A stretch of DNA of 29,774 nt from a virus (Duplodnaviria; Caudoviricetes), in IMG/VR virus record IMGVR_UViG_3300047400_000313, positions 1 to 29,774 of that record; one strand, written 5' to 3'. Numbering within the stretch: the stretch's first letter is position 1; each line of letters opens with the position of its first letter. The position numbers and the translations under genes are program-made. Below are positions 26,738-29,774 of this stretch, one piece after another. A model generated the notes under the pieces. The model searched no databases. It was given only the letters and a program-made list of their open reading frames with translations, and had not been told where the DNA came from.

Positions 26738-27037
26738 ATGTCAATTATTATCGCAATCCTAGTAGTAACAGTAGTAGCAATTGCTATTATTAAATTTTAT
26801 CCAAAAGTAAATCAAATCAAAAAAGAACAAGTATCTGAAATAGTTCAACCAGATGATGTAAAATTAGAATCACCTGTTACTGAAATAGAACTTCCTGATT
26901 TTGTTGAATCAATAGAAGTGATAAAACCACAAGAGTTTGTTAATACTAATAAACCACCAAAAAAAAGAAAATATCACAAGAAAAAAAATGTTGATAATCA
27001 ACAAACAAAAAAAATGGATGCAAATAAGACTAAATAG
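26738..27037 (+). CDS. Small membrane-anchored protein with basic tail
   Basis: N-terminal hydrophobic helix IIIAILVVTVVAIAII; acidic/Pro middle; KPPKKRKYHKKK. Confidence 0.65.
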   Translation: MSIIIAILVVTVVAIAIIKFYPKVNQIKKEQVSEIVQPDDVKLESPVTEIELPDFVESIEVIKPQEFVNTNKPPKKRKYHKKKNVDNQQTKKMDANKTK

Positions 27038-27060
27038 TTTTATATTACATAATTTATCTA

Positions 27061-27069
27061 ATATTTATA
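27061..27069 (+). promoter_or_regulatory. ATATTTAT(W) motif, putative late promoter
   Basis: Intergenic copy, 25 nt before ATG 27094. Confidence 0.6.
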
Positions 27070-27093
27070 TAAAAGTTACAAATTAAAACCGTT

Positions 27094-27330
27094 ATGGGAA
27101 AAATTACAGAAGAAGAATTATCAAGAATTAATACTATTAAACAAACAAGTATTGAAATTGCATCTATTTTAGGAGAGTTATCTTATAATAAGATTATACT
27201 AGAAAATGAAATAGAGTTGCAAAAAAGTAGAATTTTTGAAGTAAAAAAACAAGAAGTTAGTCTCTTTCAAGATTTAAAAACTAAATACGGAGATGTTACA
27301 ATAAATATTGAAACTGGGGAATTTAATTAA
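27094..27330 (+). CDS. Small coiled-coil hypothetical protein (possible assembly chaperone)
   Basis: 78 aa helical, ends KYGDVTINIETGEFN; immediately upstream of sheath. Confidence 0.6.
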   Translation: MGKITEEELSRINTIKQTSIEIASILGELSYNKIILENEIELQKSRIFEVKKQEVSLFQDLKTKYGDVTINIETGEFN

Positions 27331-27351
27331 AATTTTTTGACCAAAGTGGCG

Positions 27352-27360
27352 ATATTTATT
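27352..27360 (+). promoter_or_regulatory. ATATTTAT(W) motif, putative late promoter of sheath gene
   Basis: Intergenic copy, 35 nt before ATG 27395. Confidence 0.6.
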
Positions 27361-27394
27361 ATCAGATCCAAAACAATAAATTAATATAAAAAAC

Positions 27395-29491
27395 ATGGCT
27401 GAAACATTAATATCACCCGGTGTATTTTTGAATGAAAATGACCTGAGTCAAATAACCCAAGGACCACTCGCAGCAGGAGCTGCCCTTATCGGACCAACAG
27501 TAACTGGACCAGTAAACATTCCAACCTATATCACATCATATTCTGAATACAAAGCTGTATTTGGAGCTTCATTTATTTCAGGTGGCACTACTTATGAGTA
27601 TTTAACTAGTATGGCCGCTTTAAATTATTTTGAACAAGGTGGAAATTCTCTTTTAGTAACTAGAGTTGCTTCTGGTTCTTATACCCATGCAACCTCAGGA
27701 ATATCAAATGTAGGAGCTAGATCTACTTATACTGCAGAGCTTTCTGAATTACCTTTGACTGATGGTGATTATTTTGATGTACAATTAGGAGCAGGAACAA
27801 TATATTCATTTAATACAGTTACTACATTGCAACCTGATGTAGATCCTGATTACTATGTACAAGTAGGAACCAGTGATTTAGCTACAATATATAATATTAT
27901 CAATAAAGTTAATAGTGTTTCAAGTATTGTTGGATTAACAGCAGCAATCTCAGGAACTAATAGTATAACATTTACTGCCACTCAAATGGGAGTAATTGGT
28001 GATACTTGGACATATGACTATGATGGAGCTGTAAACTTCTCAGGTGGAGTAGATCCTGATTATGCATTTGAATTAGAAACACTTAGCGTTGGTAATGTAA
28101 TGAATAATTATTACCAAGGATCAGTAACTGGATTATTAGCTTCTGGTTCATCTTCTAATATTCGTTGGGAAATTACAGCGGCTGATACTGCAACTGGTAC
28201 ATTCAGTTTAGTTATCAGAAGAGGTGATGACTATAATAACAGTAAAACTGTTCTTGAGACATGGAATAATATGTCTTTAGATCCAAATCAAAATAATTAT
28301 ATTGGATATATAATTGGAGATCAAACAAAAACTGTTTCAGTTGATGAGTTTGGAAATACATACTTACAATATTCTGGATCTTATGCTAATAAGTCAAGAT
28401 ATGTAAGAGTTAGTGAAGTATATAAACCGACTCCAAATTACTTTAATCCAGCAGGACAAGTACAATCTCAATATACTGCATCAATTCCACAAGTTGGTAC
28501 TGGACCATTTGATGGTGCATTCAATGGCGCATTAGGAGATATTTGGGGAACTTATGGACAAGCTCCATTAAATATGTTTACTGATATTCCTTCAATAACT
28601 GCTGATTATAGCTTACCTATAACAAATATTCAAGGTGTTTATGGCGCAGATTATTCACAAGCAATCAGTTTATTGGGCAACCAAGATGCTTATGATTTTA
28701 ATGTAATATTTGCTCCTGGTCTTACAAATCAAAATGCTCCCGCAACAATCAACTCTTTGATATTATTATCACAAACAAGAGGAGATAATATCTCAGTAGT
28801 AGATATGGTTGGATATGGCGCATCTATGACTGAAACAACAACACAAGCAACATCATATGATAATTCATATGCTGCAACATACTGGCCATGGGTACAGGTT
28901 AGAAGTCGTGAAACTGGAAAATTAAACTTTGTTCCACCTTCAACTTTAGTTCCTGCTATCTATGAATATAATGATAAAATCTCTGCTGAATGGTTTGCGC
29001 CTGCAGGTCTTAATAGAGGTGGTATGTCAACAGTATTACAACCAGAAAGAAGATTAAGCGTAACAGATAGAAACTTCTTGTATACAGGAAAAGTAAATCC
29101 TATTGCAACATTCCCAGGAGTTGGTACAGTGATCTATGGTCAAAAAACATTGCAAGCTAAAGCATCTGCTTTGGATAGAGTAAATGTTAGAAGATTATTA
29201 ATTTCTCTTAAGAGATATATTAAACAAATTTCTGAGACATTAGTATTTGAACCTAATACAACAATCACTCGTAATAAGTTCTTAAATCAAGTTAATCCTT
29301 ATTTGGAATTTGTACAACAAAAGCAAGGTCTATACGCTTTCCAAGTGGTAATGGACGAAACAAATAATACTCCTGATGTAATTGATAGAAACCAATTAGT
29401 TGGATCTATCTACTTACAACCAACAAGAACTGCTGAATTTATTCAATTAGATTTCAACATCTTGCCAACTGGAGCATCATTTGGAGCATAA
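27395..29491 (+). CDS. gp18: Contractile tail sheath protein (T4 gp18-like)
   Basis: SPGVFLNEND, GPTVTGPVNIP, YWPWV, WFAPAGLNRG, VNPI, YGQKTL, DRVNVRRLL, FEPN, PTRTAEFI. Confidence 0.96.
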   Translation: MAETLISPGVFLNENDLSQITQGPLAAGAALIGPTVTGPVNIPTYITSYSEYKAVFGASFISGGTTYEYLTSMAALNYFEQGGNSLLVTRVASGSYTHATSGISNVGARSTYTAELSELPLTDGDYFDVQLGAGTIYSFNTVTTLQPDVDPDYYVQVGTSDLATIYNIINKVNSVSSIVGLTAAISGTNSITFTATQMGVIGDTWTYDYDGAVNFSGGVDPDYAFELETLSVGNVMNNYYQGSVTGLLASGSSSNIRWEITAADTATGTFSLVIRRGDDYNNSKTVLETWNNMSLDPNQNNYIGYIIGDQTKTVSVDEFGNTYLQYSGSYANKSRYVRVSEVYKPTPNYFNPAGQVQSQYTASIPQVGTGPFDGAFNGALGDIWGTYGQAPLNMFTDIPSITADYSLPITNIQGVYGADYSQAISLLGNQDAYDFNVIFAPGLTNQNAPATINSLILLSQTRGDNISVVDMVGYGASMTETTTQATSYDNSYAATYWPWVQVRSRETGKLNFVPPSTLVPAIYEYNDKISAEWFAPAGLNRGGMSTVLQPERRLSVTDRNFLYTGKVNPIATFPGVGTVIYGQKTLQAKASALDRVNVRRLLISLKRYIKQISETLVFEPNTTITRNKFLNQVNPYLEFVQQKQGLYAFQVVMDETNNTPDVIDRNQLVGSIYLQPTRTAEFIQLDFNILPTGASFGA

Positions 29492-29517
29492 TAACTAAAC
29501 GATAGAAAACAAAAACT

Positions 29518-29774
29518 ATGAATGATAATACAAGAATAAGAATTAAAGTACCTGCTCACTTATACGAGAGTGTAAAAAAGCAGTTAATGATTAAAGAAGC
29601 AGCAAACTTTGGAATGCCTGGTGCAACCACAGTAAAAGAGAAAAGCTCTTCTACTTCATCTGCGCCTAAAACTTCTAGCGCTCCAAAAGCTAAATCCACT
29701 GAAGAAAAAGAAGAAAAAACAGTAGAAGAAAGATTAGCTGCATTAGAAGAGGCAATGAAGCTTTTAACTGGTAA
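29518..29774 (+). CDS. Partial (3'-truncated) hypothetical protein
   Basis: Hand translation MNDNTRIRIKVPAHLYESVKKQLMIKEAANFGMPGATTVKEKSSST...ERLAALEEAMKLLTG, open to the window end. Confidence 0.7.
   Translation, partial: MNDNTRIRIKVPAHLYESVKKQLMIKEAANFGMPGATTVKEKSSSTSSAPKTSSAPKAKSTEEKEEKTVEERLAALEEAMKLLTG

Noticed and set aside
1-29774. Stop-codon reassignment as in some large phages
   Set aside because: Genes are long and intact under the standard code with very high coding density; TAG ends two ORFs (17166, 27037) at sensible positions.
1-29774. tRNA, intron, intein or homing endonuclease
   Set aside because: Intergenic gaps are too short or lack cloverleaf motifs; core genes are uninterrupted and no HNH, GIY-YIG or intein motifs were recognised.

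Overview
A compact, AT-rich, all plus-strand morphogenesis region of a large T4-like (contractile-tailed) phage. Order: partial hypothetical gene, four putative head-internal/prohead-associated genes (569, 128, 44 and 524 aa), prohead protease (gp21-like), acidic scaffold (gp22-like), major capsid protein (gp23-like), a 92-aa probable decoration protein, PhoH, neck/head-completion/tail-terminator genes (gp13/14/15-like), a ~15 kb fibre/adhesin cassette (Asn-rich beta-helix protein, PA14-containing protein, 1968-aa fibre with C-terminal C1q-like domain, three tandem glycine-rich paralogs), two small genes, tail sheath (gp18-like) and a truncated final ORF. A-rich starts without Shine-Dalgarno motifs hint at a Bacteroidota host (inference). 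Main observations: (i) the proteins upstream of the protease look like strings of small unrelated modules separated by T4-gp21-type (L/I)-X-E sites, one closely matching the ribosome modulation factor (Rmf) motif, suggesting protease-released capsid cargo; (ii) an ATATTTAT(A/T) motif in ten intergenic gaps, essentially the reverse complement of the T4 late promoter; (iii) hairpin-containing leaders ahead of the scaffold and long-fibre genes; (iv) a pervasive [S/T]-[G/A]-S motif in predicted outer virion proteins. All family assignments come from motif recognition by eye; no searches were run.
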